Under the pieces are notes generated by a model. It saw nothing but the letters and a program-made list of their open reading frames with translations, was not told the DNA's origin and did not search any database. From Acidobacteriota bacterium (GTDB lineage Bacteria > Acidobacteriota > UBA890 > WLXD01): a stretch of 64,000 bases of DNA. Below are positions 9,642 through 20,058 of the stretch, in pieces (the stretch's first letter is position 1; each line of letters opens with the position of its first letter). The position numbers were made by a program, and so were the translations under genes. The DNA is taken from positions 320,001 through 384,000 of the forward strand of contig CBDBHB010000006.1 in assembly GCA_965205505.1 (NCBI GenBank). The letters are read 5' to 3'.

Positions 9642-10277
9642 ATGGCTCCACGACTCAAGATCAGCCGCAAGCGGCGCCAGGAGATCCTCGAGGCCGCGGT
9701 GGAGACGATTGTCGAGCGCGGCGTTTGCAAGGCGCGAATTGCCGACATCGCCGACCGCACGGGAACGAGCCCCGCTCTGGTGCTCTACTACTTCGAGTCG
9801 AAGGACCGACTGCTCACCGAGGCGTTGGCCCATGCGGAGGACCGCTTCTATCTGGCGATCTTTGCCGAGCTGACCACGCTGGAGAGCGCCAGCGAGAAGC
9901 TCGTGCGGCTCATCGAGCTCAGCTGCGGTCACGAAACCATGGCACCAGTGCTGCGCGACGACTTCGCCCTTTGGATCGAGCTGTGGTCGCGGGCGCTGCG
10001 CGACGACGCCGCCGCCAAGAAGCGGGCCGCGGGCGATCGTCGCTGGCGCGCCACGATTGCCGATATCGTCCGTGAGGGCGAGTCGGCTGGCGAGTTCGAT
10101 GCTGTCGACGTGGAGGACTTTGCCATGCACCTCGCCTGCCTCCTCGATGGCATCGCAGTGCAGCACGTGCTGGGGGACCCGGAGGCCGACTACGAGCGCG
10201 CCCGCCGGATCTGCGTCCGCATGGCGTCGGAGTCCCTTGGTTTCGGGGTCCCGGCGTTGGTGACGGCGGACGCCTGA
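9642..10277 (+). CDS. TetR family transcriptional regulator (BetI-like C-terminal domain)
   Basis: HTH RRQEILEAAVETIVERG...IADIADRTGTSPALVLYYFESKDRLL, plus ALWIELWSRALRD. Confidence 0.92.
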   Translation: MAPRLKISRKRRQEILEAAVETIVERGVCKARIADIADRTGTSPALVLYYFESKDRLLTEALAHAEDRFYLAIFAELTTLESASEKLVRLIELSCGHETMAPVLRDDFALWIELWSRALRDDAAAKKRAAGDRRWRATIADIVREGESAGEFDAVDVEDFAMHLACLLDGIAVQHVLGDPEADYERARRICVRMASESLGFGVPALVTADA

Positions 10278-10344
10278 AGCCGTCGCGATCAAGGAGCTCC
10301 GGCGAGCGGGCGCGCACGATATTTGCCCTGCTCACTTGCGTCCG

Positions 10345-11633
10345 ATGGGCGCAGTCGGCGAGGCTCCCGCGATGGTCTTCCACCCTCGCGATCCTGCTTG
10401 GCGCCGCGGTGCTCTCAACCGCCGTGAACTGCTGCGCATCGTCGGTGGCGCTGGACTCAGTGCCAGCCTTGCCGGTTGCGGCTGCAGCGCCGGCGCTGCA
10501 GCCGACCGCCGGCGCGTCCTGATCGGGACACCGGAACACCCGGTTCGGCATCCGATATTCGATGACAACCCTCCGATCGACGGCGGCCTGGATATCGAGC
10601 CCGGCCCGTTGCGGATCTTCAACTGGGCCGACTACGTCCACATCCCGGTCTTGAACGCGTTTTCGGAGCGTTACGGCGTCGACTGGGAGTACACGACCTT
10701 CTACAACAACGAAGAAGCGATCCGTAAGCTGCGTACCAAAGCGGGCCGCTTCGACGTCTTTTTCCCGCCGGTCGAGCAGATACCCAAGTGCATAGCCGGT
10801 CAGCTGTTGCAGCCGCTCAACCACGCCTACCTGCCCAACCTCGCCAACGTGTGGCCGAGCCTAGTGAGCCCCTTCTACGATCAGGGAGCACGCTACACGG
10901 CTCCGTACTCGGTGTACCAAACAGGTATCGCCTGGCGGGCCGACATGGTCTCCCCTGACCTCGAGGCGTTGACCATCCGTGGCAGGTCTTCTGGGATCCT
11001 CAGTATTACGGGATCGCCGGCATGTACGACGACTACAAGGAGACCGTCGGGGTCGGCCTGTACGCCACCGGAACCAACGAAATCAACACCGCGGACCCGG
11101 CGCTGCTCGAGAAGGCCCGCCGCAAGCTGCTCGAGCTCATCGATCTGATCAACGTCCGCTTCACGATCGACGGTGTCTACGCCAAGATGCCGGAGCGTGG
11201 GTTCGCGCTGCATCATGCCTGGTCGGGCGATGTCGTTCAGTCGCGAGGCTACTTTCCCCGGGGTGAAGATCCGTCCGTGATGCGCTACTTCTGGCCGCCG
11301 CGGTCCGATCAGTCGAGCGCCGGCGGTATGGTTTCGGTGGAGTCCTTCGCCATCCCTCGCAACGCCGAGCATCCCGTGTTGGCGCATCACTTCATCAACT
11401 TCATGCTCGAGACCGCGAACGCCCTGAGCAACTTCGGATGGATCGGCAACCCACCGCCGCTGACGACGCTCAATCCGGAGACATTCGTGTCCGAGGGGCA
11501 CATACCACCGAACCTCGCTACTACGATCACCATCGAAGACGACTTTTCGATTGGCCAGCTGCCCCTTCAGCTGTCGCCTGAAGTCGAGATGGAATGGATG
11601 AAAGTTTGGGCGTCGGTTCAGTCAGGTGGCTAG
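10345..11633 (+). pseudogene. potD: Polyamine ABC transporter substrate-binding protein (PotD/PotF-like) with a 1-nt frameshift at ~10971
   Basis: Tat motif NRRELL, lipobox LAGC and LRIFNWADY. The reading GAG GCG TTG AC CAT CCG TGG lacks one G (expected EALDHPWQVFWDP). The 3' half continues as the ORF at 11022-11633 (AWSGD, FAIPRNAEHPVLAHHFINFML). Confidence 0.8.
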
Positions 11634-12537
11634 CGCCGCTGACTTCTCGCGCAATCGAACGTGGTTGTGGCGAGCGCTTGCAGCTCCCGGGATCGCATGG
11701 TTGCTGCTCTTCTTCGTCACACCGTTCTACGCGTTGCTATCGGTGGCGATGGGACGCCTCGACCCGATCTTCAGCAGCGCCGAGCCGGTCTGGAACCCGA
11801 TCCACTGGAACCCCGCGATCTTCCCCGAGATACTGGGCGAGCTGTTCGGCGGCCGCCTGGGGGCGATCTTCATTCGCACGCTCGTCTATGTCGGCACAGC
11901 GTCCACGCTCTGTCTGCTGATCGGTTATCCGGTCGCGTACTACCTCGCGCGCCACGCGGGTCGCTGGCGAGGACTGCTACTCGGTCTGATCGTCGCCCCC
12001 TTCTGGATCAACTACCTGATGCGGATGATGGCCTGGCAGAACCTGTTGGCGGTCGATGGTTACGTGAACCGATTTCTGATGTTCATCAACGCGCTCGATG
12101 CCCCGCGCGCCTGGCTGGTGGGTCACCACGAGACGGTGATTCTGGGGCTCGTGTACGGCTATGTACCGTTCCTGATCCTGCCACTGTACGCCGCTCTCGA
12201 CCAGATCGACAGCAGCGTGTTCGAAGCGGCACGCGATCTCGGCGCCGGCCCGGTGCGCACCTTCCTGCACGTAACGTTGCCGCTGTCCAAACAGGGAGTG
12301 CTGGCCGGCGTCGTGATCATCATGCTGCCGCTGTTCGGCGACTACTACACGCCGAATCTCCTCTCGGGGTCACCGCGCACGCGAATGATCGGCAATGAGA
12401 TCGATCTGTTCATCAACAGCGGCGTCGGCGGTGCCACCGGAGCCGCGCTGACGGTGGTCTTGATGGCGTTCATTGCGCTGTTGATGGCCTACTATCTATT
12501 TACCGTCATGGGCGCGGCGCGCGACAGCCAACAGTGA
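11626..12537 (+). CDS. potB: Polyamine ABC transporter permease (PotB-like)
   Basis: LIGYPVAYYLA, PFWINYLMR and EAA loop EAARDLGA. Confidence 0.88.
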   Translation: MASAADFSRNRTWLWRALAAPGIAWLLLFFVTPFYALLSVAMGRLDPIFSSAEPVWNPIHWNPAIFPEILGELFGGRLGAIFIRTLVYVGTASTLCLLIGYPVAYYLARHAGRWRGLLLGLIVAPFWINYLMRMMAWQNLLAVDGYVNRFLMFINALDAPRAWLVGHHETVILGLVYGYVPFLILPLYAALDQIDSSVFEAARDLGAGPVRTFLHVTLPLSKQGVLAGVVIIMLPLFGDYYTPNLLSGSPRTRMIGNEIDLFINSGVGGATGAALTVVLMAFIALLMAYYLFTVMGAARDSQQ

Positions 12538-13403
12538 TCGGCCGGGTCATTCGCTGGTGGCGTGACCCGTGGGGTCAACCACGACTGTTGCAGCTGTTTG
12601 TCTGGGTCTACATTGCATGGTCGTTGTTGCCGGTGCTTATTGCCGTGCAATTCGGGTTCAATGCCGGCCGGTCGCGCAGCATCTGGCAGGGGTTATCGCT
12701 GCGCTGGTACTTCACCGATCCGACCCTGTCCGTCTGGAACGATGGGTCGCTGATAGCAGCGTTGACGCAAAGCCTCAAGCTCGCCGGGCTGACGATGCTG
12801 GTTGCCACGCCGCTCGGTGTGGCGCTGGCGCTCGGCCTTGCAAGGTGGAGGGGTCGCGGCTCGAAGCCCGCCAACTTCCTGCTGCTGCTGCCGATGGCGA
12901 CCCCCGAGCTGGTCATGGGCGTGTCGCTGCTCATGGTCTTCATCTACCTGTTTCCGTTCATTCAGCTCGGCACGTGGGCGCAGCTCATCGGCCATGTCAC
13001 ATTCACGATCTCGTACGTCGTCATAGTGGTACGCGGCCGCCTCTTCGCGATCGGCCGCGACTATGAAGAGGCGGCGATGGACCTCGGCGCGACCCCGGCG
13101 CAGGCAGTGCGCATGGTGCTGCTGCCGCTCATGGCGCCGGCGATCTTCGCCAGCCTGATGATCGCCTTCGCGGTGTCGATCGACGACTTCGTGATCAGCG
13201 CGTTCCTCTCCGGAGGCGCGGATTCGGCGACGATTCCTGTGCGTCTCTACAGCGCTGCGCGCCTGGCGCCGACGCCGGCGCTCAACGCGCTGGCCAGCAT
13301 CCTGCTGTTCCTGACCCTTCTCGCGGTGGCCGGCGCGGTGCTGGTCATGCGACGGTCGGGAGGCAGCGGATCGGCCGTCGACGAGTTCGCGCGGCTCAGC
13401 TGA
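12534..13403 (+). CDS. potC: Polyamine ABC transporter permease (PotC-like)
   Basis: SLRWY, EEAAMDLGATP and FAVSIDDFVIS. Confidence 0.88.
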   Translation: MIGRVIRWWRDPWGQPRLLQLFVWVYIAWSLLPVLIAVQFGFNAGRSRSIWQGLSLRWYFTDPTLSVWNDGSLIAALTQSLKLAGLTMLVATPLGVALALGLARWRGRGSKPANFLLLLPMATPELVMGVSLLMVFIYLFPFIQLGTWAQLIGHVTFTISYVVIVVRGRLFAIGRDYEEAAMDLGATPAQAVRMVLLPLMAPAIFASLMIAFAVSIDDFVISAFLSGGADSATIPVRLYSAARLAPTPALNALASILLFLTLLAVAGAVLVMRRSGGSGSAVDEFARLS

Positions 13404-13500
13404 TATGTGCGGTGGTCCTCTGTGCGGCGGTGCCGGGCTCTCGATGCCCTGACTCCGGATGCTGCAGCAGCCGGGGCTACCGGGTCTGGTCGGGCGTCCT

Positions 13501-14600
13501 TCAGTCACTTCCCAGCACGCGCAGCGCTGACGATGCCAGGACTACCGACACGCGGCTGCCCCTCGAGTAGGCCATCGTGTCGCCATGATTGGTGATCATG
13601 GCTTGCACCGTCTGGCCGCCGTCGAGCTGAATGAACATCTGCGTGATCGAGCCCATGTAGACTAGGCGCTCGACCTCGCCGAGCAGCCGGTTCGGTCCCG
13701 GCCGGTCGGGGTTGCCGACCTCCAGCCGCTCCGGTCGAAGCATGATCTTCACTCGACCGCGGGCGTCGAGGTCGCCGCTCCCGGCAACCAGCTCGCTGTC
13801 GCCGATCGCCACCCGACAGCCGCCGTCTGGGTGGTCGCCCAGGGCCTCGCCGTCGATGACGTTCGATACCCCCAGGAAATCGGCCACGAAAGCGCTGGCC
13901 GGCTCTTCGTACACCTCGCGCGGCGGGCCCAGCTGGCGGATCGTGCCCTCGTGCATGACGCACATGCGGTCAGACAGTGCCAGCGCTTCCTCCTGATCGT
14001 GGGTGACGTAGACAAAGGTGATCCCGACGCGCTCCTGGATTCGCTTCAGCTCCACCCGCAGCGTTCTCTTGAGCTGGGCGTCGAGCGCGCCGAGCGGCTC
14101 GTCGAGCAACAGCACCGCGGGATCGAGCACCAACGCGCGGGCCAGGGCGACGCGTTGTTGCTGGCCGCCGGAAAGGCGCGTCGGCCGCCGATCGATCATG
14201 CCCTCCATCTGCACCAGCTCGAGCGCGTGCCGCACTCGCTCGCCGATCTCCGCTCTGGGGAGGCTTCGAAAGCGCAGCCCGAAGCCGACGTTTTCGCCCA
14301 CGTCGAGGTGGGGAAAGAGCGCATAGCTTTGAAAGACGGTGTTGACGTTGCGCTTGTGCGGCGGCGTCTCTGATAGATCTTCTCCGTCGAGGTAGATCTG
14401 GCCGGCGGTCGGTCGCTCGAAGCCGGCGACCAAGCGTAGCAAAGTGGTCTTCCCACACCCGGACGGTCCGAGGAGAGAAAGAACTCGCCCGGCGCCACCT
14501 CCAGGTCGACGTCGCGCACAGCGGTGAGGTCACCGTAGCGTTTGACTAGCCCGCTGAGACGCAGGTGGCCACCGTGTTCGCTGTCCTGCCCGACTGTCAA
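13501..14600 (-). pseudogene. potA: Polyamine ABC transporter ATPase (PotA-like) with a 1-nt frameshift at ~14478
   Basis: The N-terminus (LVKRYGDLTAVRDVDLEVAPGEFF) is out of frame with Walker A LLGPSGCGKTT because GAG TTC TT TCT CTC lacks one base. Downstream it has LSGGQQQRVALAR, LLLDEPLGALD, VTHDQEEA and a TOBE tail. Confidence 0.82.
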
Positions 14601-14664
14601 ACAGGCACCCTTGTGCCGGCTCGCCGTGCGGCCACCGGTGACCCCCGGCAGCTGCTTGTCGGAC

Positions 14665-16044
14665 TCAATGCCGCAGTGCCTGCGCTAATGTCCTGAAGTT
14701 GTCGACGAACCGCTGCGCGTCTTCCGGCTGGTGCTGTATCGACAGTGTCCACTGCTCGGCTTTGCCCCACGGTGGCAGGAAAACGCCGCCGTTGTGCTGC
14801 ACCAAGCAATGGAGGTGGCTAAGATCGCCGTCGATCTCGAGGAAGCCGCGGTAGTTGTCGAGGCGCGTCGACGAGAACGTCACACAGCCCTTGGCTCCGA
14901 AAGCCATCACGTGCGCGTCCATCCCGTACTCTTCGATGATCGCCTCCACGCCGCGTTGCATGTGCTCTCGGAGCGACTCGACGTGCGCGTGGGCGTCGTC
15001 GTCGAGGATCTCGGTAAGTACCGCTCGGCACGCCGCCATGGTCAGTGCATTCCCGTTGAACGTGCCGATCTGCTCGTACTCGTGCTCGACGATCAGACCC
15101 ATGATCGCTTCGCTGCCGCCGACCGCGCCACACGGCACGCCGCCACCGATCGCCTTGGCAAGGGTGACCAGATCCGGGGTCACGCCGAGTCGCCGGGTGG
15201 CTCCTCCGGTTCCTACGGTGAGGCCCGTTTTGACCTCGTCGAAGGTCAACAACGCGCCGTGACGATGGAGCAGATCCTTCAAACCCGCCAGGTAGCCATC
15301 CTGGGGGCCGATGACGCCGGCATTCATCATGATCGGCTCGAGGATCATCCCGGCGATTCGACCGGGGTTCTCCACCAGGAGGCTCTCCACCAGCTCCAGA
15401 TCGTTGTAGTGAACGATCCAGGTCAGATCGGTAATCGCGGCGGGCAAGCCGCTACCGGCTTGCGGGCTATGCGGTCGCTCGACCGGCCCGATCTCGTCGG
15501 CCTCGCTGGCCACCGAGACCATCGCCGAATCGTGGTGGCCGTGGTAACAGCCCTCCACCTTGAGAACGATGTCCCGACCCGTGGCGCAGCGCATGAGGTG
15601 GAATGCATCGAGCGTCGACTCGGTCCCGGAGTTCGTAAAGCGCCAAAGCGGTTGATCGAATCGTCGTGTCAGCTCCTCGGCGACGACGATCGCGTCCTCG
15701 TTCGGCTGAGCAAAGTGGGTGCCGAGCAGAGCCCGCTCGCTCAAGGCGCGCACCAGCACCGGGTGCCCGTGGCCGACAAGGCCGACGCCGTAGCCGCCGT
15801 GAAGGTCGATGTACTCGTTGCCGTCGACGTCGTAGACCTTCGAGCCGCTCCCGTGGCTGATCCACACGGTTTGTGGTCGCGCCATCTGCCAACTCGAAGT
15901 GGCTCCTCCGGCCAGCGATCGAAGCGCCCGCGCCGACAGCTCCGCCGACCTCGGCTGGCGCTCGACGAAGATGCGCTCCTGCGCCTCGATGAGCTCGGCG
16001 AGAGGTGCTTTGCTGCCGACACTTGCTTCCGTGGTCTCAGACAT
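14665..16044 (-). CDS. Class III PLP aminotransferase (glutamate-1-semialdehyde aminomutase-like)
   Basis: YDVDGNEYID, FTNSGTE, GCYHG, FDEVKTG, PDLVTLAKAIGGG (PLP lysine) and GTFNGN. Confidence 0.9.
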   Translation of the reverse strand: MSETTEASVGSKAPLAELIEAQERIFVERQPRSAELSARALRSLAGGATSSWQMARPQTVWISHGSGSKVYDVDGNEYIDLHGGYGVGLVGHGHPVLVRALSERALLGTHFAQPNEDAIVVAEELTRRFDQPLWRFTNSGTESTLDAFHLMRCATGRDIVLKVEGCYHGHHDSAMVSVASEADEIGPVERPHSPQAGSGLPAAITDLTWIVHYNDLELVESLLVENPGRIAGMILEPIMMNAGVIGPQDGYLAGLKDLLHRHGALLTFDEVKTGLTVGTGGATRRLGVTPDLVTLAKAIGGGVPCGAVGGSEAIMGLIVEHEYEQIGTFNGNALTMAACRAVLTEILDDDAHAHVESLREHMQRGVEAIIEEYGMDAHVMAFGAKGCVTFSSTRLDNYRGFLEIDGDLSHLHCLVQHNGGVFLPPWGKAEQWTLSIQHQPEDAQRFVDNFRTLAQALRH

Positions 16045-16068
16045 CGCAGCCTACTCCGTGGATATTCT

Positions 16069-16115
16069 TTGAACCGCCGTTCATCATGATACCGGTAGCC
16101 GATCGACCAAGTCTA
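16069..16115 (-). promoter_or_regulatory. Sigma-70-like promoter of the aminotransferase-potA unit with an adjacent operator
   Basis: Minus strand TAGACT-18nt-TATCAT followed by the operator, which reads TTGAACCGCCGTTCAT on the + strand at 16069-16084. Confidence 0.55.
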
Positions 16116-16147
16116 TATAACCGGCGCACATGTGCGGCGGGTCGATC

Positions 16148-16193
16148 TTGACGCCCCGAGAAAGGGATCGCTACACTTTGAATGGCGGTTCAA
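16148..16193 (+). promoter_or_regulatory. Sigma-70-like promoter of the Rieske/ALDH unit with an adjacent operator
   Basis: TTGACG-18nt-TACACT is immediately followed by TTGAATGGCGGTTCAA (16178-16193). RBS AGGAGG lies downstream. Confidence 0.62.
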
Positions 16194-16219
16194 GAAGAGA
16201 TGGTTCATAGGAGGTACCG

Positions 16220-17479
16220 GTGATGTCCGCACCGATTCCCGCGCCGGCGCTGCAGGCCGTGCTCGAGCCCTTCGGGCGCAGCCGCATGCTTCCCGGTGAG
16301 GCGTACACCTCGCTCGAGGTTTATGCGTGGGAGCTGGAGCGCATCTACGCCGACACCTGGGTGTGCGTCGGCCGCGTCCAGGACCTGCCCCAGGTCGGCT
16401 CGCAGCTAGGCCTTTCGGTCGCCGACAAGCAATTGCTTTTGACGCGCGCCGAAGACCAGTCGATTCGGGGGTTCTTCAACGTTTGCAGCCACCGTGGCCA
16501 CGAGCTCATCGCCTGCGGCGCCGCACGCACCGGCGGCCGGGTGAAGTGTCCGTATCATGGCTGGAGCTACGACCTCGACGGAACGATCGCCAGTACCCGG
16601 CACTGCGAGGACGCGAGCTTCGACCCGGCCGATTTCAGCCTGGTGCCGGTGTCGGTCGGTGAATGGGGTGGCTGGCTGTTCGTGAATATCTCCGGGTCGG
16701 CAGCGGACCTTGGCACCTACACGGGTGATCGCCTCAGCACGGCCATGGCAGCGTACGGCGCCGACGAGCTCGTGGAGGGCGCACGCGACGACTACGTGGT
16801 GAACGCCAACTGGAAGCTGATCATCGAGAACTACCATGAGTGCTACCACTGCCCGCTGATCCATCCGGAGCTGTGCCGGGTCAGCCCGGCCGACAGCGGC
16901 TACCTGTTGCAGCCAGACGGCGCGTGGGTTGGCGGCTCGATGGACATCGTGCCCGGTGCCGAGACACTCTCGTTGACCGGCGAGAGCGGCGCCGAGCCGC
17001 TGCCGGGGCTCAGCGGTGCGCGGCTGCGACAGGTCCTCTATCTGGAGCTGTTCCCGAACTTGCTAATCAGCGCTCACCCCGACTACATCCTGACGCATAC
17101 CTTCGAGCCGGTGGCCGCCGACCGCACCCGGGTCGAGTGCCGCTGGCTGTTCGCTCCCGAGGTCGTCTCGCGGGAGGATTTCGACCCGGCCTATGCGCGC
17201 GACTTCTGGCATATCACCAATCAGCAGGACTGGGCGGTGTGCGAGGGCGCGCAGCGCGGCATGAACACGGGCGCCTACCGCGCCGGCCCGCTGTCGGACA
17301 ACGAGGAAGCCCTCTATCATCACCTGGCGATGGTCGCCCATACGTATCGTCGCGGCGCCTTTGATCCGCGTTGGGCCGAGGAGCTGGCCCTCCCGGAATC
17401 GCGTACCCCACCCCCATCACATACTCAGTTTCTAGCAGCGAGCTGCATCGGCGTCCGCCGGCAGCAAAGGAGAGGTGTC
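16220..17479 (+). CDS. Rieske non-heme iron oxygenase alpha subunit (choline monooxygenase/GbcA-like); no stop codon, reads in frame into the ALDH
   Basis: Rieske motif CSHRG...CPYHGW, mononuclear-iron motif ANWKLIIENYHECYHC..IHP, and NQQDWAVCE. Confidence 0.88.
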
Positions 17480-18997
17480 GTGGCCCTCAGCACACTCGAG
17501 ACGTACGATCACGCCCAGTGGCGCACTGTTGCCGACGCCGTGACCCCCGAGGTGCGGCTGTTCATCGACGGCGAGCATGTTGACGCCATCCGCGGAGGTC
17601 GCTTCGAGAGCGTCAACCCGACCACCGGCGAAGTGTTTGCCGAGGTCGCCGCGGGCACCGAAGAAGACATCGACGCTGCCGTAGCCTCGGCGCTGCGCGC
17701 CTACCGCTCGGGCTCCTGGGCGCGCATGGCGCCACGCCAGCGCATGCAGGTGCTGTACGACTTCGCGGCGCTGATCGACGAGCACTCCGAGGAGCTCGCG
17801 GTACTCGAGACGCTGGATATGGGCAAGCCCATCGCCGACGTGATCTCCGTCGACCTGCCGGCCTGCGTCGAGACGTTCCAGTATTTCGGGGAGTGCATCG
17901 ACAAGATCGAGAGCACGGTGACCGCTACCGAGTTCGACGTGCTCCACTACACGTTGCGCCAGCCGCTTGGCGTGGTAGGCGCGATCTCGCCGTGGAACTA
18001 TCCGCTGTTGATGGCCACCTGGAAGGTGGCGCCGGCACTGGCGGCCGGCAACTCGGTCGTGCTCAAGCCGGCGGAGCAGTCACCGCTGAGCTGCATCCGG
18101 CTCGCCGAGCTGTTCGTCGAGGCTGGCGGCCCGCCGGGGGTGTTCAACGTCGTCAACGGCATGGGCGAGGTTGCCGGCAAGGCGCTGGCGCTGCATGGCG
18201 ACGTCGCCAAGATCACCTTCACGGGGTCGACCGAGGTCGGCAAGCTGATCCTGACGTACGCCGGGCAGTCGAACATGAAGCGCGTCTCGCTGGAATGCGG
18301 TGGCAAGACGCCACAGATCTTCATGGGTGACCTGCCTGACATGGAGCAAGCGGTGTCGGCAGCGTTCAACGGCGTTTTCGCCAACATGGGTGAAGTATGT
18401 AACGCCGGCTCGCGGCTGCTTGTGGACCGCTCCATCCACGACGAGTTCGTCGAGCAGTTCGTTGCCACCGGCCGCGACGCCTATAAGCCCGGCGACCCGC
18501 TCGACCCCGCTACCAACATGGGTCCGCTGGTGACGGCGGAAGCGCAGCAGCGCGTGCTCGGCTACATCGAGGCCGGCAAGAACGAGGGCGCCAAGGTGGA
18601 GTTCGGCGGCGATGTGCCGGATGGCGACTTAGCTGCCGGTGCGTTCGTCAACCCGACCCTGTTCACGGGCGTCAACAACGACATGAAGATCGCCCGCGAG
18701 GAGATCTTCGGCCCGGTCACCGGGGTGATTCCGGTCGACGGCGTCGAGGAGGCGTTGGCGGTGGCCAACGACACCGTCTACGGGCTGGCAGCCGGCATCT
18801 GGACGCGCGACCTGAACACCGCGCATCGGCTCATCCGCGACGTCGAGGCCGGGGTCATCTGGGTCAACTGCTTCGACGAGGGTGACATGACGCAGCCGTT
18901 CGGGGGCATGAAGCAGTCCGGCAACGCCAAGGACAAGTGCTTCGAGAGCCTGCTGAACTACACGGACACGAAATCGGCCTGGATCCGTCACGGATAG
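17480..18997 (+). CDS. Aldehyde dehydrogenase (PuuC/aminoaldehyde dehydrogenase-like)
   Basis: It has its own RBS (AGGAGAGG) before the GTG at 17480. Motifs PWNYP, FTGSTEVG, LECGGK, NMGEVCNAG, EEIFGPV and PFGGMKQSG. Confidence 0.9.
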   Translation: MALSTLETYDHAQWRTVADAVTPEVRLFIDGEHVDAIRGGRFESVNPTTGEVFAEVAAGTEEDIDAAVASALRAYRSGSWARMAPRQRMQVLYDFAALIDEHSEELAVLETLDMGKPIADVISVDLPACVETFQYFGECIDKIESTVTATEFDVLHYTLRQPLGVVGAISPWNYPLLMATWKVAPALAAGNSVVLKPAEQSPLSCIRLAELFVEAGGPPGVFNVVNGMGEVAGKALALHGDVAKITFTGSTEVGKLILTYAGQSNMKRVSLECGGKTPQIFMGDLPDMEQAVSAAFNGVFANMGEVCNAGSRLLVDRSIHDEFVEQFVATGRDAYKPGDPLDPATNMGPLVTAEAQQRVLGYIEAGKNEGAKVEFGGDVPDGDLAAGAFVNPTLFTGVNNDMKIAREEIFGPVTGVIPVDGVEEALAVANDTVYGLAAGIWTRDLNTAHRLIRDVEAGVIWVNCFDEGDMTQPFGGMKQSGNAKDKCFESLLNYTDTKSAWIRHG

Positions 18998-19075
18998 CGC
19001 CGCGCGCCCGATCATCCATCGCGGTTGACGCGCGTCGCGCGCCTGCAGACCGCACACATGAACAGGACGAGCCCA

Positions 19076-19894
19076 ATGGCCTTCGAGACCATCGATTACG
19101 ATCGCCGCGGACCGATTGGCGTCATCACCTTGAATCGGCCGCAGGTGCTCAACGCCATGAACAAGCAGCTACTCGACGACCTCGACGCGGCGCTCGACCA
19201 GATCGAAAAAGACGACGACGTGCGTGTGGTCGTTCTGCACGGCGCCGGGCGCTCCTTCTGCTCCGGCTTCGACTTGAAGGACGAGGCCGAGTCGGAGAGC
19301 GCCAACGTTGTCGATCTGGCGCCGGCGCTGCAGCGCGACTTCGACACGATCATGCGACTCTGGAACTTCCCCAAGCCGACCATCTCGGCGGTGCACGGCT
19401 ACGCCATCGCCGGTGGCTGTGAGCTCGCCCTCGCCTGCGACATGACGGTTGCCGACGAGACCTTCAAGCTCGGCGAGCCCGACCTGCGCTTCGGCGCCGG
19501 CGTGGTGGTGATGCTGCTGCCCTGGCTCACCGGCCCCAAGCAGGCCAAGGAGCTGTATTTCACCGGCGACGATCGCGTGCCAGCGCAGCGTTGCCTGGAG
19601 ATGGGGCTCATCAACAAGGTGGTTCCCGAGGGCGAGCACCTCGAGGCGGCGCTGCAGATGGCACGCAAGATCGCGGTCATCGATCCCTTCTCGATGACCA
19701 CCACCAAGAAGGCGATCAACCGTACCTACGACATCATGGGTATGCGCGAGGCGCTCGGCGACTCCCACGACATGGGTGTGCTCATCGAGGCCGCGGTGGT
19801 GCCGGAGCGCCAGGAGTTCATGGCCATCGCCCGCAAGGATGGTCTGAAGGCGGCGATCGCTTGGCGTGACGCACGATTCGCGGACTTCGACTGA
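19076..19894 (+). CDS. Enoyl-CoA hydratase/isomerase family protein
   Basis: ITLNRPQVLNAM, FCSGFDL, AVHGYAIAGGCELALACD. Confidence 0.9.
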   Translation: MAFETIDYDRRGPIGVITLNRPQVLNAMNKQLLDDLDAALDQIEKDDDVRVVVLHGAGRSFCSGFDLKDEAESESANVVDLAPALQRDFDTIMRLWNFPKPTISAVHGYAIAGGCELALACDMTVADETFKLGEPDLRFGAGVVVMLLPWLTGPKQAKELYFTGDDRVPAQRCLEMGLINKVVPEGEHLEAALQMARKIAVIDPFSMTTTKKAINRTYDIMGMREALGDSHDMGVLIEAAVVPERQEFMAIARKDGLKAAIAWRDARFADFD

Positions 19895-20058
19895 AGCGCG
19901 TTTGTAAGTAACCCCGTGATCGGTCTCTTCCGATCGTGAGGCCCGCCACGCCCCGGCGAGGGCGGATAGTACGCAAGCACCCCTCCAACCTCGACTCGGA
20001 ACGTGGTACAGATCCCCATCCAATCGTGCGCTCGACCCACTCGACTCCGGAGGCACCC

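Noticed and set aside
14665-16044. hemL assignment
   Set aside because: The fold is similar, but there is no heme context and it is linked to polyamine transport, so the symbol was withheld.
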